A stretch of 64,000 bases of DNA from Phoronis australis (Eukaryota > Animalia > Phoronida), in NCBI GenBank assembly GCA_002633005.1, contig NMRA01000066.1, positions 630,940 to 694,939 of the forward strand, in the 5' to 3' direction. Positions 1 to 15,400 of this stretch are shown here, in pieces (the stretch's first letter is position 1; each line of letters starts with the position of its first letter). Position numbers and translations under genes: made by a program. Under the pieces are notes generated by a model that saw only the letters and a list, made by a program, of their open reading frames with translations, had not been told where the DNA came from and did no database searches.

Positions 1-477
1 ATCTGTGTGCTATTAAAACAGTGAAGACATTCGCTCTTACACCCAACTCCGTGATGTGTATAAAGACATTGCAAAAAAAAAAACAACAAAAACATAAGGG
101 ATTAAGTGACAAGACTTTGAAGAACAACATTTCCCATTGCCTTTATGAAAGATTTAGCCTAGTAAAGGTGGAATCACCTTTTCGGTATTTATGATAGGAA
201 AAATGTATACCACTCATTGGAAGTGTAAGTCCAGGATCGTAGCCAAAAGGGGTCGAACTACAGACCGAGACAATGGGCCCTTGATATTAATTTACATTTC
301 AACAATGCAAACAGTGATCGAGCAGGATTGTCCGGACTGCCGGTTATGCCCACAGTTACTTGATCTGTCAAAAAATTCCTAATTTGCGAGCCCATATGCA
401 ACTGCACTAAAAAGGGCAGAAAGACTAATTACTGAATAAATAAAAGTAAAATTAGGATGTATACTGTTCTATTTCAG

Positions 478-3400
478 GTCACAAATCCTGTATTTGACTT
501 TATCACGGCTGTGGATGGGATCTCAAGAGGCACATACACTGCTTTTTACCTTAATATATCAGCGCCCGAGCAGGCAGCACAGACGTACCGCGCAGTAGTC
601 GCCATGCCGTACAACTCGTCTGCAATCATGGTTGTTGAGAGCATGAAAATCACACATGTCGGATACAACTACAAGTGCTTTGATTCCACTTCCGTTAAGC
701 CAGTCTTCAGTTCTGAGGTATATGTGCGTAATATGTCACCCATTGAGTTACTACAATTCGTAGCATACGGAAAAAAATGATACTCGTTGGTTTATACTCA
801 ATCTTGGGCGATGGACAATAAGCTCATTCAAGTCTGCACGAGATATCGCCGTACTTTAGTAGCGAAGCACGTGATTAAACAAGTTTTACTCGAATGTCTT
901 GTCTTTGCGGTTGGCTCCCAGGTTGTTGCCACCTTCTGTCTCATAATTATCACCTCGTATGATTTTGAACCACAAAACTTCCCCGCTGTGTCAAATGATG
1001 GAACCTGTAGTTGTTTTATTGGACTTCTGTTGATTGTTATTTCAGTTCTGCTTCATGTATTAGCTATTGTTAGGAAACGGAATCCTGCTCTATGAAGTTT
1101 GATTTAAAATTCAAAATAGTAGTCAACGTTTTTGAGATATCAGAAAGGCTTTCATCTCTTACCGATTCATGCCGTGTGTTGTAAGATTATCGATCACGGT
1201 AAGAAAATAACGGATTTTAATCCAAACTGCTTATTAACCAGAACATGTCAAGGTCATTTCTAAGGGCCTGACAACATTTAAAAAACGTGACAGTCTTAAA
1301 GTGCTTAAAATCACCATTCACCTTGAATAAACCACCATTCACTCTGACAAGTAACTGCAATTTCAGCAAGTTAAACAATCCTTTATAGCACTGCAAAACA
1401 CAATAACGATAAAAAGGAAATGAAAAGCGACTTCAGTGGAAAATTTCTGAGGTCCACGGACATAAGAATGACGGATGAACATACCCAGCGTCATTGTGCA
1501 ATGTCCACCAATACCAGAGTTTCTTGTACAAACATAGGCCATATCCACGCTTCTCTGATGCACCGCGGGAAATCGACGCAAGGCGTCGCCATTCGTTATT
1601 ATATCACAAAGGAGAAGCAATATTCGACGACTTCTCACACTATAAACTATAAATGATGGCTGACCCGGTTTTACATAGTATGCGCTAACCAATAAATGCT
1701 CGTAACTCTAGATCACTGGTTATTAACACATTATCAGGAAGTGTTGGCAAGCCTGCTAATTTGACAGCTGGTAGATTGATGGTGTTGTTTCTTATAGTTT
1801 TTGATATGAAATTGATGATTTTAAACACGTTAAATAAATGAAGACATTCTATGAAGTTACCTACGGTCAAATAGGTCAACGTTTGAGTTATAACTAGTCC
1901 CAAAACCCTTTCTCAGTTTGGAAGTGGTTTGGCACGAGTAACAGTTCATAAATTGCCTATGGCCAAGCTTCGTGCATAAAATGACAATCTTTATCAAGCC
2001 AAATTATGCAGTGGCGGATCTTGGATGTCGCAAGGGGAGGTCCAACCACGATATTTGAGCAAATGTCCGCACACGGCCCGCAACATCATGCCCAAAATCT
2101 GGCTCAATAAAAACCTGATCCTGGGTAAAGTCAGAAACCACTTCTACTCGGAGCAAGGAACAAGTCTAGACTTAGGTTAAAAGGGTGCGTGGCTTAACGC
2201 AAAAGTTTGAAACGAGCATTAAAACGTAACGTCGTACTTTTACTCATTGATATTGATGATTGCATGCTTGTGTGCACAGCAAGCACCTGGGTAGGCAATG
2301 ACCATCGCCTCTGTTGGCCCGAACCAGAGGCGATGCAGAGGCTATAGGCGCTCTGTACGCTGGAAGCTTTTCGGCGAATTATGCCTCGCACCGACTAAAC
2401 CATCAAAGTCACGTTGTCATAAATACCTTTTGCGCATAGAACACCTGAGGAGGTTGTCGATGTGTTTAATTCCTTCCAACTCAAACAAATACTCCTGTTA
2501 TCAAACTTTTTCTTCGAGCAGTCCCTATTTCAGTTCCCAAAATCGTGAACTCACCATTTTTATACTGCACACGCTCCAATTTTTACCGCGCTCGCTAGGT
2601 GATGTGACTTCATGACCTCAATCTTTAAATAGGCCAAAGGTGAGCCATTGCGGTCTTGTCAGTCAAATGTTCGTTTCCAAAATGCCACCACTTATACTTG
2701 TCTTTAATTGGCGTTACTTGAAACTTATTGTATTTCAATGTTTGTATTTGATAAAAATAAATGCTGTTGATATGACATTTAATAGTCTTTGTGCACATAT
2801 TTGACATTTTAATGTTTAACAACACGGCAAATGCACGGCTGGTTCCCGGCAGCACGTACACGAAGGGCGGGAACTTCAGTTTTCAAAGTTCGCCGGTAGG
2901 TCCGCAACTTCTGACCTTCGGCCTGGTTAAAAAAATGAAAATATTGATTTCACGATTTTGGGAACTGAAATAGGGACTGCTCGAAGAAAAAGTTTCATAA
3001 CAGGAGTATTTGTTCGAGTTGGAAGGAATTAAACACATCGACAACCTCCTCAGGTGTTTCTCTATGCGCAAAAGGTATTTATAACAACGTGACTTTGATG
3101 GTTTAGTCGGTGCGAGGCATAATTCGCCGAAAAGCTTCCGGCGTACAGAGCGCCTATAGCCTCTGCATCGCCTCTGGTTCGGGCCAACAGAGGCGATGGT
3201 CATTGCCTAGCACCTAGGATGCTTTTGTTGACAGTAGGTTACGCTGCTGTGCATGTTCAAGGTATTGCGATATGTAGAGCATGTCTGGTGAACATTGATA
3301 TTATTTCTTTTACAGGCCGGCGTAGGTGGACGGTACGATTATGGCACTCTGGACCTGGGCGTTGTGTTCAACAGCGGTGTGCGGTCTGACGCAGACAGCA

Positions 3401-6400
3401 ACTTCATCACCATACAGGTCATTGCCAAACTGATGGAGAATGCAACTGTGACACCGGGAGATGCAATTTACACCACCGCTGCCGTCTACTACGACGAAGA
3501 CATGCTTTTTGTAGCACAGAATCGGATATTAGTCGTCGAAGCACAGAATACATCAAAGGTAAGATTTATTTTGCTGGAAACATGCAAACTATACATATGA
3601 TGAACCTAATCGACATAGTTTAAATTGTTTTTGTGGCAATGGCGCAGGTAAAATGCAGTTGTGGGATGACTTCCAGTTCTTGTGACCAAGGGCTTGTTCC
3701 AAGAAAACAAGACAAATCTTAAGCCTAATTCAATTTTAAGATAAAACTTCAATTTGCATTATGTTCGTTCCGAAAAAGTGATTTTAAGTTCGATTTAATT
3801 TTTACTTGAGTTTTGTTTTAAGTTTTACCAATTTAGTGGATGTGGAAGTTTGAATATTTGAAGGTTAAGACAATCCTTTAACATGACCTTTAGTTGGTTT
3901 CTCCTGAAATACATGCCTGTTTCCATCGATTGCATGTCGCTTCTGCTGAGGCAAGTCAAGACGCCTCGCACATTCTTTGCTTCTGCGTGGACACTACGTT
4001 CACAAGTTGTTCAATTCCAGCTAAGACTATTTGGTGGTATACACGTGACGAGCACTAAAGGTACATGTATGGAGTAATCTCCGTAACATGTCAAAAACTC
4101 AACTGAAAGTATAGAAGTCGTGAGCCAAATGGAATAATTGAATGGCATAGTGACTTGTATCACGTGGTTTATTTACAATGAAGGTGATGCAGTTTACCTT
4201 TGATATGTCACTGCCTCAAGTGACTGCAAACCAAAAATGGCACAGATATAGAGCTTGGTCTCATTTTTAGCTCATGAATCCTGTGCCTCGGAAAACGCAC
4301 AAGCAAACACTTCCTTCTCTCTGCAAATGATCATTGTTAGCAATAGTAACACACACACAAACACACGCGTGCGCGCGCGCACACACACACACTTGTCTTT
4401 AAAAATGCCAGTGTCATTTATGCCTTTCATTTTTTATTTTTTAATCAAATATATAGGCCTACTAACGTAAAGTGTGTAAAACGTTTTTTCCGCGGAATAG
4501 GCAAAACGATGCGCAGTATTTTATTTTTGCAATTTGAACCAGCTAACGCTTTTAATGATTATTTCTAAACAGGATCCAACCTTTGAGATAAAGAATATGA
4601 TGCTCACCAACTTCTTCTACGAGGATTCTTCTTTCCTAATCCATTTGGATATCGAGATACCTCTACAGCATCAGTACAGTACCTTCACTGCTGACATCTA
4701 CAGTGCTACCGATAACTCTTCAACGGAAGTTTATACACAGCTGTGCCGCGTGGCCATCGTGAAACAAGGCCGAAATATTCTTGTGCCGAAAGTCTCAACC
4801 ACTAACTCATCCACCTTAAGTACGAATTTATATTGTTTTAAGATTGCACGTTATACACTAGGGCTGGGTTGCATGACGCCAGGTGGATTGTTCAACAATA
4901 ATAACGTGACAGGTGTTAATGCGACGTCATTGTTATGCAACTGGGTCCAGATCTAGTTTAACATTTACTAATATGATAAGATCTAATTTAAGAATTACAT
5001 ACATGTGCTAAGCAATATCATGGTTAAAATCATGCGCGCACCCAGGGGGGCTCGGGGGGCAAAAAGGTCCGCCCCCTAGAGACAAAAAGTCCAAGAAAAT
5101 GGGACAAAAGTCCACTAAATAAGCCAAATGCGCAATTCAGAGTGGTGCTCCCGTTTTTTTTTTCTTCTTTTTAGTCCGCCGGGTCTGTTGTTAGCAAAAG
5201 GTACACAACGCCGGGAATTCGAGCCCCCCAAATTGAATGCTGGGTGAGCGCATGAAAACTGTGACTCGAGTGATAAAATGTTGAACATTGCCATGATATG
5301 TTTCAACCTTAATGAACATCAAAAACACCAACTTGAGAATGCCCATGGTATATTTCGTTCCCATTTGTTCTTACACTCGAACAGGAAGCGTGCCTTGGTG
5401 TTTGTTTTTATTTTCTGAAAATTACGTAAATATCTAAATTTTTAAATTTTGGATTGTATCAATATTGGCATAGTATGTCATCAACACCAAAATATGTATG
5501 CTCGTGATCAATAGATTCGAACGCTCCACAGCATCCAACATGTTCTCTTTTGTCCTCGCCGCTAACAAACTAACGATAAGTTGTGACTGCAGTGTTTTTA
5601 TCTACAAGTTCCCAATAATTTTGCTGGCACTTCTCAGTTCATGGAGTCAGTTTTTATTCCAACTTGCACATAGAGTCTTGCAATAATACAACACAACGAA
5701 AGGAACCACTGTATGCTATTTCCGAAGGACGAAACAATTAAGAAAGATTTCATTGAAAACACAGTCAAATGTTCATCGAGAACGTTGATTTATTCCTATA
5801 GCAAATCTTTCGGTATTGTTGACTCGCTTTTACATCGAATTTCAGCTATACCATCTGAAAAATACAACGATCGCATACAGCTGAACTTGTCCGGTGTTTC
5901 CAACCTGGGGTTGAATTACAACAAAAAGTCTGACAACATGTTCACCATTGAAATCGTCGTGTCAACGGCTGGACACTCTCTGGCCATGCACAACAACACT
6001 GACTTCAGCACGTTCGTGTCGGTGCTATACACCAATAAAAAAATCTATGCGGCAGAGTATTTGATGACCTACAACGACCTCATGTCCAACATCGATGACT
6101 GGAGTGACCTGGTAAGTCAAATTACATAATTTTGTTTTAAGGTGCTTTCTTACCAAGTGTCACGTCAGGAACAGAAAGTCATTTAAAATAATTATCGCCA
6201 CGACACCACGCATGGTTTTCACTCCCCACATAAACATGGCACGGACAACAGTGATGAAGTTGTTTTACTTTGATTCGTTTCAGGTTGACCAACCGCAAGT
6301 CTCTGTATCTGCCTGTGACCTTGTGGCAGTTCCGGGTCAAGCTGTCATGTACACCATAGACGCCATAGTTCCGCCCACAACTACAGCCACTTGGGACTTC

Positions 6401-9400
6401 CTGGCTGTTGCTGAAAGTCAGGACCTTTCAGTATGCCGTGTTGAGATGGTATCACACGGGAATAACATTTCCCCTTGCCTCTCAGAGAAAGCTATTGCCG
6501 AATACACGTCTTTGGAAAACGACGGACAGAATGATTTGGCTTCCTTGAAGTACACGGGATTGACAAATATTGGTAATTCTTTGTTTCCTCTGTATACTTT
6601 ATCAACCTTTGGAGATGCAACGGCATTTTCAACTTTAAAGTTGTCGCCAAGACATTTGGTGTGTTAAAGCTGGGATTCGTCAAAAAGGAATCAATCAGTT
6701 GTCTTTGCCCGCTGACCCAACTGGTCCGTCAACATTCCTGGTTTTCAATCAAATGCATGAAAGAATTTACTTATTGTAGTGTATCTAGTTTAAACAATTT
6801 ATGGAATACTTGGAAAATAACACTCAGCCCATTGGTCTTATAAGCCATTGTTGTCGGTTAAATAATAACATTGTCTGCGTTTCAAAAAGCATTGTGCGTA
6901 TAACAGCAGGCTCGCTAAACAAATTTTTCGTTTACAGTTTTACTTTATTCACACCATAAAAGATCACAAATTTATTAAAAAAAATGATTATCTTCCAATC
7001 ATTAGTCATAACAAAAATTCTAGTGAGTCGTGGAACACAAGCTAAGAAGCCTATTCCAAAGTCTCGAGATCCACACAAACCGAACCTTTCAGGTATCAAT
7101 TTTTAATACCTTGCTTGGCAAGAATAGCCGTGAAGCAGTGAACCCCTAAAAATCTCATAACAGGGTTGTGGATCTTTTCACATCATTTCATATCACGAAA
7201 TCCGCCAATTTTAACCCCATCATCCGTAACTGGATGTGCCTGCACCCTATACGATAGCTGGAAAGTACTAAAACCACCATTCTTTAGAGATAGTAGATCA
7301 TGAATCAAGCGCACCAACCTTATCAACAAAGCGCATTGCTTCTCCTTTTATCAGGTCTTGATAAGCTGAACGACACCAACAAACTGGAAAACACATTCAG
7401 AGCACGTATTGTGATCGGCATCAATCCCCAAACCAATATAACAGCCAACCCAAGGCTTAAAGCTTCTCTTAGTATCGAAGCAGGTTCCAATATAGTAATG
7501 GCGACTGGCTTTGCTATTACCTTGAACAGCTCGTTGGAGATAGCTGCCCAGGTAATGTATGGATATCTTTTAAAGCAACGACTTTGAAGTTGTTATAAGT
7601 TTATAGTTAGCCTCAGATAGCTCAACATGATGTTGGCTTACAATGCCTATACGTTTTTGAGCTATATCCAACAAAGGATTCTGTTATTAAAGAACTCACC
7701 ATAGCAAATACCCACTTTTAGCGATTGTGTTGTTTACGGCTACATTTTAAGAGACTCAAGTAAGAAAAGGCACTATATCTTTGAGTGAATTGAGAATTTG
7801 AGGGACGTAAATAGAAGTCATGTATATTACAATGGTGTGAGCATCCTAGCGGTCGTGTACATTGGTCTTATTAGAAAAAACGACTTCCACTTTCTTCCTA
7901 CGCAACTTTGGCAACACGTTCAATGCCTGTCGTTCGCGCTCAGGTAATCTCATGTCCTCATTAAAATTTACAGACAGCCGTACCCACTATGAAGTTCTAT
8001 CATGCCAACGAGTCATCAATCGTGAAGGGCGCTGCTGGAGTCTACGTTCTCGAAATCTACAGCGTTCCAACGACCTATGGTGTTTATAAAATTAAGGCGC
8101 TCGCACCTGCAAACGGGACTGATCACGGCAAACTAAAAATACACGACATCCGGGTCATGTCCACTGGCTTCAACTGTCCATGCGTCAACGACACTCTCTA
8201 TTCACGGAAGTACATAGACAGCCAAACTGAAAATGGCACAATGCACGACATGGCTGAGATGGAGTTCAGAATAGCAAACGTCGGCACCAATGTCTCGGAC
8301 GTTGACAATAAAGATAATTTGGTGAGAATTTGAAAAAAGTGTAACCGTGCTAAGCAAACAGTGACTAGCCGAACTCAGCACCTTTTCTTGTTAACATTGC
8401 CAATTAAATTTACATTCCATTGCGGGACTTACTTGCGCTTTCTGAGCGACTGATGTAATATGTCACACAGGTCAACAGAAACAATATTAAGACGCTGGCA
8501 CACAAAACCCGTTATTATTGCATGTGCGCCCGTCTCGATGAAAGGCTAAGGGTGGACGTAAACAAGCAAAGTTTGCCAAAACATGTGTTGGATGCAACAT
8601 CGTTCATTGGGATCTTATTTAGATTGTGTGACGTTCAGTCGGGTCTCGCTCGTTCTTTTGTCCGGTTTCCATGTTGCGAATTGCCTCGGTGTGACATGGG
8701 CCCTGTCACACCATGACAGTTTGCACTAAGGTGTTTCGTTTTGCTGTTTAAAAAGTAATTATTTGCTAAACATCGCACTCCAGCTGACAATGCTTTGTGG
8801 TTCATAAGTTCAGGATTATTTATTCTCCGTCCCTTTTTCGATAGGTGGGGTAAATATCAATGCTTGTGGTTAATTTACTCACATTGTGACAGTTTGTTTA
8901 AATCACGATATTATTAAATTTCTAGCTAACCATGGAGATTGTTGTTGGGGCACCAGATGACTCAACGGCGAATATTGGCGACTATCTCTTTGTAGCTGTC
9001 TCCGTTCTACTCAATGACGAGAAGATCTTTGATGATTCAATGCGAGAAGTTCTGACTGACGTGATTAAAGTACGCCATCATTTTTCATGGTCCAAGAAAC
9101 TCGAATTCCCTCGCTAAGATTCGTGCTTACAGAAACCGTCGACTTAATGTAATATCAAACTTCAAACCTTGTAAAACCACTTTACTCCTTTACTCCTCAA
9201 AAATGAGCGAGCAACACACGTCTGTGTCGAATTGTCATTGATAAAGACTACGTGAGCAGGATTGGTAGAATAGAGTTACTAAAACAATTGGAAGCGGTCT
9301 AATACAGGTTGTACCTGACGTGCGCAGGTTGCTCGGGTAGGCCCTTTGCACTGATGACCTGGAACCATCTTATGCTTTCTTAAAATAAAGATAAAACCGA

Positions 9401-12400
9401 GTTGAGGAGCTAGAGACCTGTCTCAAATTCCTCATAGTGTGCCCCAGTGGTAGTCAAACCCACGACCTTGATTAAAGAAGCGACACTTATTCCAATAGGC
9501 CACATTACCTCCTCAATAGAGTCCCAGTCTATTTTGTAAAGCAAATTCTGGGCTGCCGTGCTCGTGTCGTTCTACAGCATATTATGCGTACAGCACATTA
9601 AACAATTTCAAAGTTCAAATACATGTGATTACAAATTTCTATTTACTTTGAAGCAAATGGAAAATACCACATGTCTAACATTATCCTTGTTCTAATTTAT
9701 TTTCTTCATCGTTCGCAGAACCCTGCATCAACTACAGTGAATGTCTACACGGCTAACAATGACAGTTCGTGCGGAGTCGGCCAAGTGACGTCCTACTTCA
9801 TAGATATCACTCTGTCAGAGGGGACGGACAGGATGCGCTTGACATTTGACCTCAGTCCTTACGCTAATGGACCCAGCCTGATACTCGAGGAAATTGTGTA
9901 TGCCACGGTTGGCAGTAACATAGCTGCTGACCCTGTATTTTTATCGGAAAACTACACCACATTCGGCGATGAGATGAACGGAGGCCAGACTTCGTCAAGA
10001 GTTGGTGGAGTGGTTGATATTGGTTTACTAACCAACACGGGTAAGTTTTAAATTACATAATATCGCAATACTACAATTCAGCTTTGGTGTCTGCGTTAGA
10101 AAAAAGAGTAGGCGTGACAGAAATGGTTGGTCTGAGGAGTTACTTACTTACTGTTGATAAATAATTTCTAGTAGTGAAACCAATATAACTGACTGAAAAC
10201 CTGTACACGAGATCATGTTAAAGCGCCGGAAGACCAACTTCCAGGTGCAAAATTTCTTTAAAGGGGCTGCAAACCCACCTAATCTCAAAATTAGTTCTTG
10301 AATTTGAATTCTTGAGAATTAGAAGTCTACCATGAGCTAAAACCATGAAATACGCTTAAAACTAACGACGGAAGCGGCGGCAGCAGAATAGACATTGGTA
10401 TATAATAAACTACATGTTAAACCGCCTCTTTTTCTAGGCACTACCAGACGTTATAAGTTTCAACCACACAAGAAAGCAGACGACATCATCAAGTTACAGA
10501 TGACAGTAATGTGCGACGACAACCCATTACATTTTTCCGACACAACCATTCCTTGGACACTGACAGTGACGGGTTCTAATAGCACCAGCACTACCTCATG
10601 GGAGGTCAACATTAAAACAACGGGCAACGAAAAGTCGCATATTTACAAACGCTCTTGGCTGGAAATTAACGGTCGGGCTAGAAAGGAAATTGGACCACAG
10701 TATGTATGAATTCAGTTACAGGGGCGGATCCAGGATTTTGAGTTAGTGGGGGCCAGGGCAGAATATTAGCCAGGATTTTGCCCATCAGACATTCACACCT
10801 TGAACTACCTACTAGAATCTGGGAGAATTTTAGGGGGGGCATAGCCCCCTTGGTCCCCCTCTAAATCCGCCACTGATTTACACTGCCTGACCCTTTAAAA
10901 TGTACAAGCCTGCTGCGACTTTTCGCCATTTTTCGCTTGTTTGCCTATGCTTCTTTTTAACCTGTGTTATGCCCATAATAAGAGTGATTGCGCCTCATTG
11001 TGGATTCTTCACCAGAGTCTGCTTTATGAAAAGTGACTTAAGATATAGGTCAGAAAGTTTGTCCTACGCCTCACAAAAATGTCTCTGAAAAATTACTAAA
11101 CCTCCCTTGCCCAAAAGTTCAAAGTCTCTGAGAATACACTTACAGCTGCTAGTTGCTGAGCTACTGTAATTTCATGTCAATTCACCGCCGACAAAAACCT
11201 TCTCCCGCCTTCCTCCGGTGTTAATAGTACGATTTCCGTAGGAGTTGGCGAGCTCCCCGATCTGCTCCTCGGGACAGTTGTCACCGTCAGACGGAGGTCT
11301 AGTTTATACGTTGAATTATACACCCAGATTACTTCCAACAATTGCCGTGCCAGTGACGCAACGCTCCTAAGAGCAATGTTGTAGCTAATTTTGAAATGTT
11401 GTTTCACAGAGACGAGATGAGGGTATGCACGCATTTCAATCATACCAAGGCCTCCACTGCACATGTGTTCAATGTGGTGCTTCATGTTTTACTTCCGGTA
11501 CACTCACGCTACGAGCCCTCAACTTTAGAATACAACGGAATTGAGCCAATCGTGGAGGACCAGTCTGGGACGAGAGGAGTTCTACTTAAGGTAATGCCTT
11601 TAAACTAATGCAAACTCTTGCAAAGCAAAAGGTTAAACTTTCACAGTTGTCACTCTTGACTCAGTGATAGCAACACGAAGTCAACAATGAATTAGAACAT
11701 CACGAAGCTTTTTACTCCTTTTTGTCACAGCTTTTTGCTGAATTCTCTGTTCAGTCCAGCACACTGTCCGCGTCTGGTATTGTTATCTTTCTGAGAAATT
11801 CCTAACATTTGCTTTTCCAAAGACAAATCTGAGGATAAATGTCATTTCAGTATGACCACGTGCGTTTCTCGGACAACTTGACCGTTTGCTTCAATTTCAC
11901 CATCGATCCTATCCACGCCATTCCGGTCGGTTCACTGAATGTAAACGAAGTCGTTACCACGTACCTTACTTACTACGAAGTCGACAGGAATCAATCAACA
12001 GAGGTCGTTGGCGAAGGAGCAACCATCGCCCGACGAACACTTCCAGAGGATCTCTCGCTTGAATACTTCGTTGCAGGTTTGTAGATCGTGACAAGAAATT
12101 GATGGATTGATCTACATGCATGCTGAAGCAAATGATGGCGTTAATCATTACTTTACGCTACGAGCTGGCGAAATAAAATACGTTTCTAGAAACGATGAAC
12201 AGAGAATGCAATTGTGGGGGACATGTGCAGTCATTTCTTTATTGTCGATGATAATTGCTGAGAAAGCTTACAATGTAGCATCTCTAATTTTCAATACGCA
12301 AAGTATTGTTTAGAGAATTGTTACTCATCTCTTCGTCAAAGTTGGCACAAGTTGGAAAAATAGATAACGTTGACGAGATTTACACATTTGTTGAAAACTC

Positions 12401-15400
12401 CTACTGCTTAATTTTATCTAAAAGAAACTCCTGAAGCCTTAAAGTCCTTCTGACTTTAATTTCTCTGTGAAAGTTTATTTTGCTTGACATCATTCGCTTT
12501 TGAAATAATTTCCTTTCAGACTGTTTTGATGAATTCGGCGTTCGTTCGGGACAGCTCCAAAGCTGTCAAGTCTTGGCATCAACCTCAATAAATCCAGAGA
12601 CGTTGCTAAGCGACCTCAGTTTGGACAGTAGCACGACTGCTTGGAAAACATCCGTCCGTCATCCACCCTACTTTCAAAACGACTACATTCAAGTTTGTGT
12701 CTTTGAGCTCTGTATTTCACATTGTTATTACTGGACCAAAAACGTTGTTTGTGAAAATCTAACTCACACTTTCACGGGAACAGGTGAAGTAGGAAGTGTC
12801 TGTCCTGCTCAGTGTCGTACCTGCATGTATTTGAATGTCAACATACGGGACATTATTCATCGAGTCCCCGGATGCTCCATACAAATATTGTCAAGCCGCA
12901 CACTGAGTTCACCGATTACTTTATACCGATCTGCGTCCGGAATTTTAGTGACCGTGTGATGAAGTTACGACGAAACAGAATAAGTGGCGCTCCATTTCTT
13001 CCAATTATAGTTCCTTAACATAAGATATAAACAATAAGTACCGAGAATCTTAAAAATTTGTTTTACGTTAGTCAACAAAGTTACGTTGTTAAAAAGCTAA
13101 TGCTCGTGGTTATTATGTTTACGCAAGTCTGGTCTTCTGTCAAAATTGTGGCTAAAATCGTTAAAGCTACTAACCTCAGCCATCCGGAACACCTCGGATA
13201 TTTCCGTAGCCTCTAATATACCCTCGGCTCTAGCTAAAGGTTATCTGCATAAGTGGAGACTCCGGTCATATGGCAACTCATATTACTTGGAGAATGGTTC
13301 ACCGTAAGCTTGAAGTTTGGACAGAATGTTGCCCTCCGAGGAGAAAATTAAGACATCGAGGTGTTCCGGATTAGTCACAGGATCAGGTGACAATAACTCG
13401 ACATTAATCCTCCCTATCCTAAAATTATATTACCTGCATAAGTAAGATGAAATATGGAGATTTTTAAGAACGACCACTATTTTTCAACATTTTCACACGC
13501 CCAAGTCACGTTCAACATAGCTAAGGCCGAATAACTTAACGAAAACGGTCCGATTTGAAGGTGAAGTCTTGCTGGAAAACCACGATCTCGCTAAACCTCG
13601 CAAAATCACGCGAATAAAAATTAGGCGAATGTTTCGCGATTATACTTGGAGCTTTCTAACCTATCCCAGAAAATGGCAGCCAATGAAGTGATTGGTCGAT
13701 GAGGTTGGAGTGTTGAATTATGGGTATAACAGGCTAATGTATGTCTTACATTCTACGGAACGCTGTCCTGGTATTTTGCTTAATCAAAATCGTGTGTGAA
13801 TGCATTTCATTGTCTGAAAGCAACAAACTAGTATTCACTGAACAGCTTTTATTTTCAAGATATACTCACGCAACGCTACACGTCTCACGGGTATTGGACT
13901 GAAGGGTGACCCTGAAACAGGGTCAACTATTACGAAGTTTAGACTCAAATACAGCATGGACGGACTTCAGTGGTTTGACGTTAAGATTGAGAACTCCAGT
14001 GAAGAATATAAGGCAAGATTCAGGAAATGTGTATATCCACGTACTTTACATAGCATGTAACAGAGGTTTCACCAATTAGTAGAGAAAATTTCTGCAGCGA
14101 GTCTAATCGTCAAAATTACCTTGTTTTTTCTTTTGCTAACGGCTCAAAAATAAGTGTAACGGGAAATTGTGGTAGTCAAGACTTCTTGTTTCAACTAACT
14201 TCCTTCAAAAATACATACTGTGTGTAAGTCGTTAAAACACCAAAGCACGAAGCTGCAAGTATAAATGCTTAGAATGTAGAACGAGCTCTTATGAACCTCC
14301 CCACTTTAACATCTAGACCTGTAGTTGATCAGTTTTGAAAATACTTATCTCAATCAATGAAAGATCATGCCATTGTACCGACAGGTACGTTTACATGTAT
14401 TAATTTATGCAGAGGTGTACCGTTGCAGCGAGCGACCTCTGTTGAGTGGTTGCAGTTCCCGTTTCTTCCAATCTTCATGGACCTTGCCTCAATTGATTTC
14501 TTACCTCGTGTATTTGTGCTGTTTTTCAGGTGTTCGCGATTGCGTTTGGCCCTCACAACGAATCAGGATACGAAACTCTATACAACATTACTGGCAACAG
14601 CACAATCCCTTACAACGAAACCAAGATAACTAGTTACCCTGTGAACATAGAAGACGGTTACTTTTATCCGCTTCTCTCCTCCGCCTTCGTGTCACACTAT
14701 GTGCGGTTCATTCCACTTGAAAATTCCAAAGGGGACTTTGTCATGTCAGCGCGACTAGAAATGTATGGGTGCGTCGTGAAACCGGAGCAAACACTGCCAG
14801 GCAAGTTGTATAATTGTCACTTGGTGTCTTTAGCGCTCCTGCATCATTGTTTAACCACTCTGTAATGCGCTAGTCGTGTTCAACAATAACGAAACGATCT
14901 ACCTTTGTTTGATAGCTGCTGCATTACACGCTAACGGAAGACAACAGATTCCAACTTCGTAGCACGAGTCGCGCGCACATCCTGGAGTATTTCTGATTAA
15001 TTTGTGGTAACGAAAATCAACGAGAACTCAAAACACCACCAATGGGTTTTAAACACAAAAGAGGTTTCGGGTTCTAGACAATTTGCTTATGACACCTCCA
15101 ATGACAAGCAACAAACTTAAACAACTTTGAAGGTAAATAGCTACCTTTGTTACCAAGGACCAGATTTCTTAAATAATATTGAATACTGTCTGTAAACCAG
15201 TGAAAACTATTTCTTTTCAAAATCCTTGGTTAAAAATCTCATAATGTCCACATAAATAATGTGCAGATGTTCACAATGATGTGACGGCGTTTTTCCGAGA
15301 ATTTCGATTTTTCACGGAGATCGTCGTAATTTCCACTTGACACACGCTCATTCTGTTACTTTGTTTTAATAACTTCAGCAGAATTCCTGGGATGTTCTAA

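Noticed and set aside
2298-3203. Two nearly identical ~105-aa ORFs on opposite strands (MTIASVGPNQRR...)
   Set aside because: By-product of the terminal inverted repeats of a non-autonomous transposon; no protein-like features.
9440-9505. Functional tRNA gene
   Set aside because: Only degenerate A/B-box resemblance and no closed cloverleaf; kept as a low-confidence SINE.
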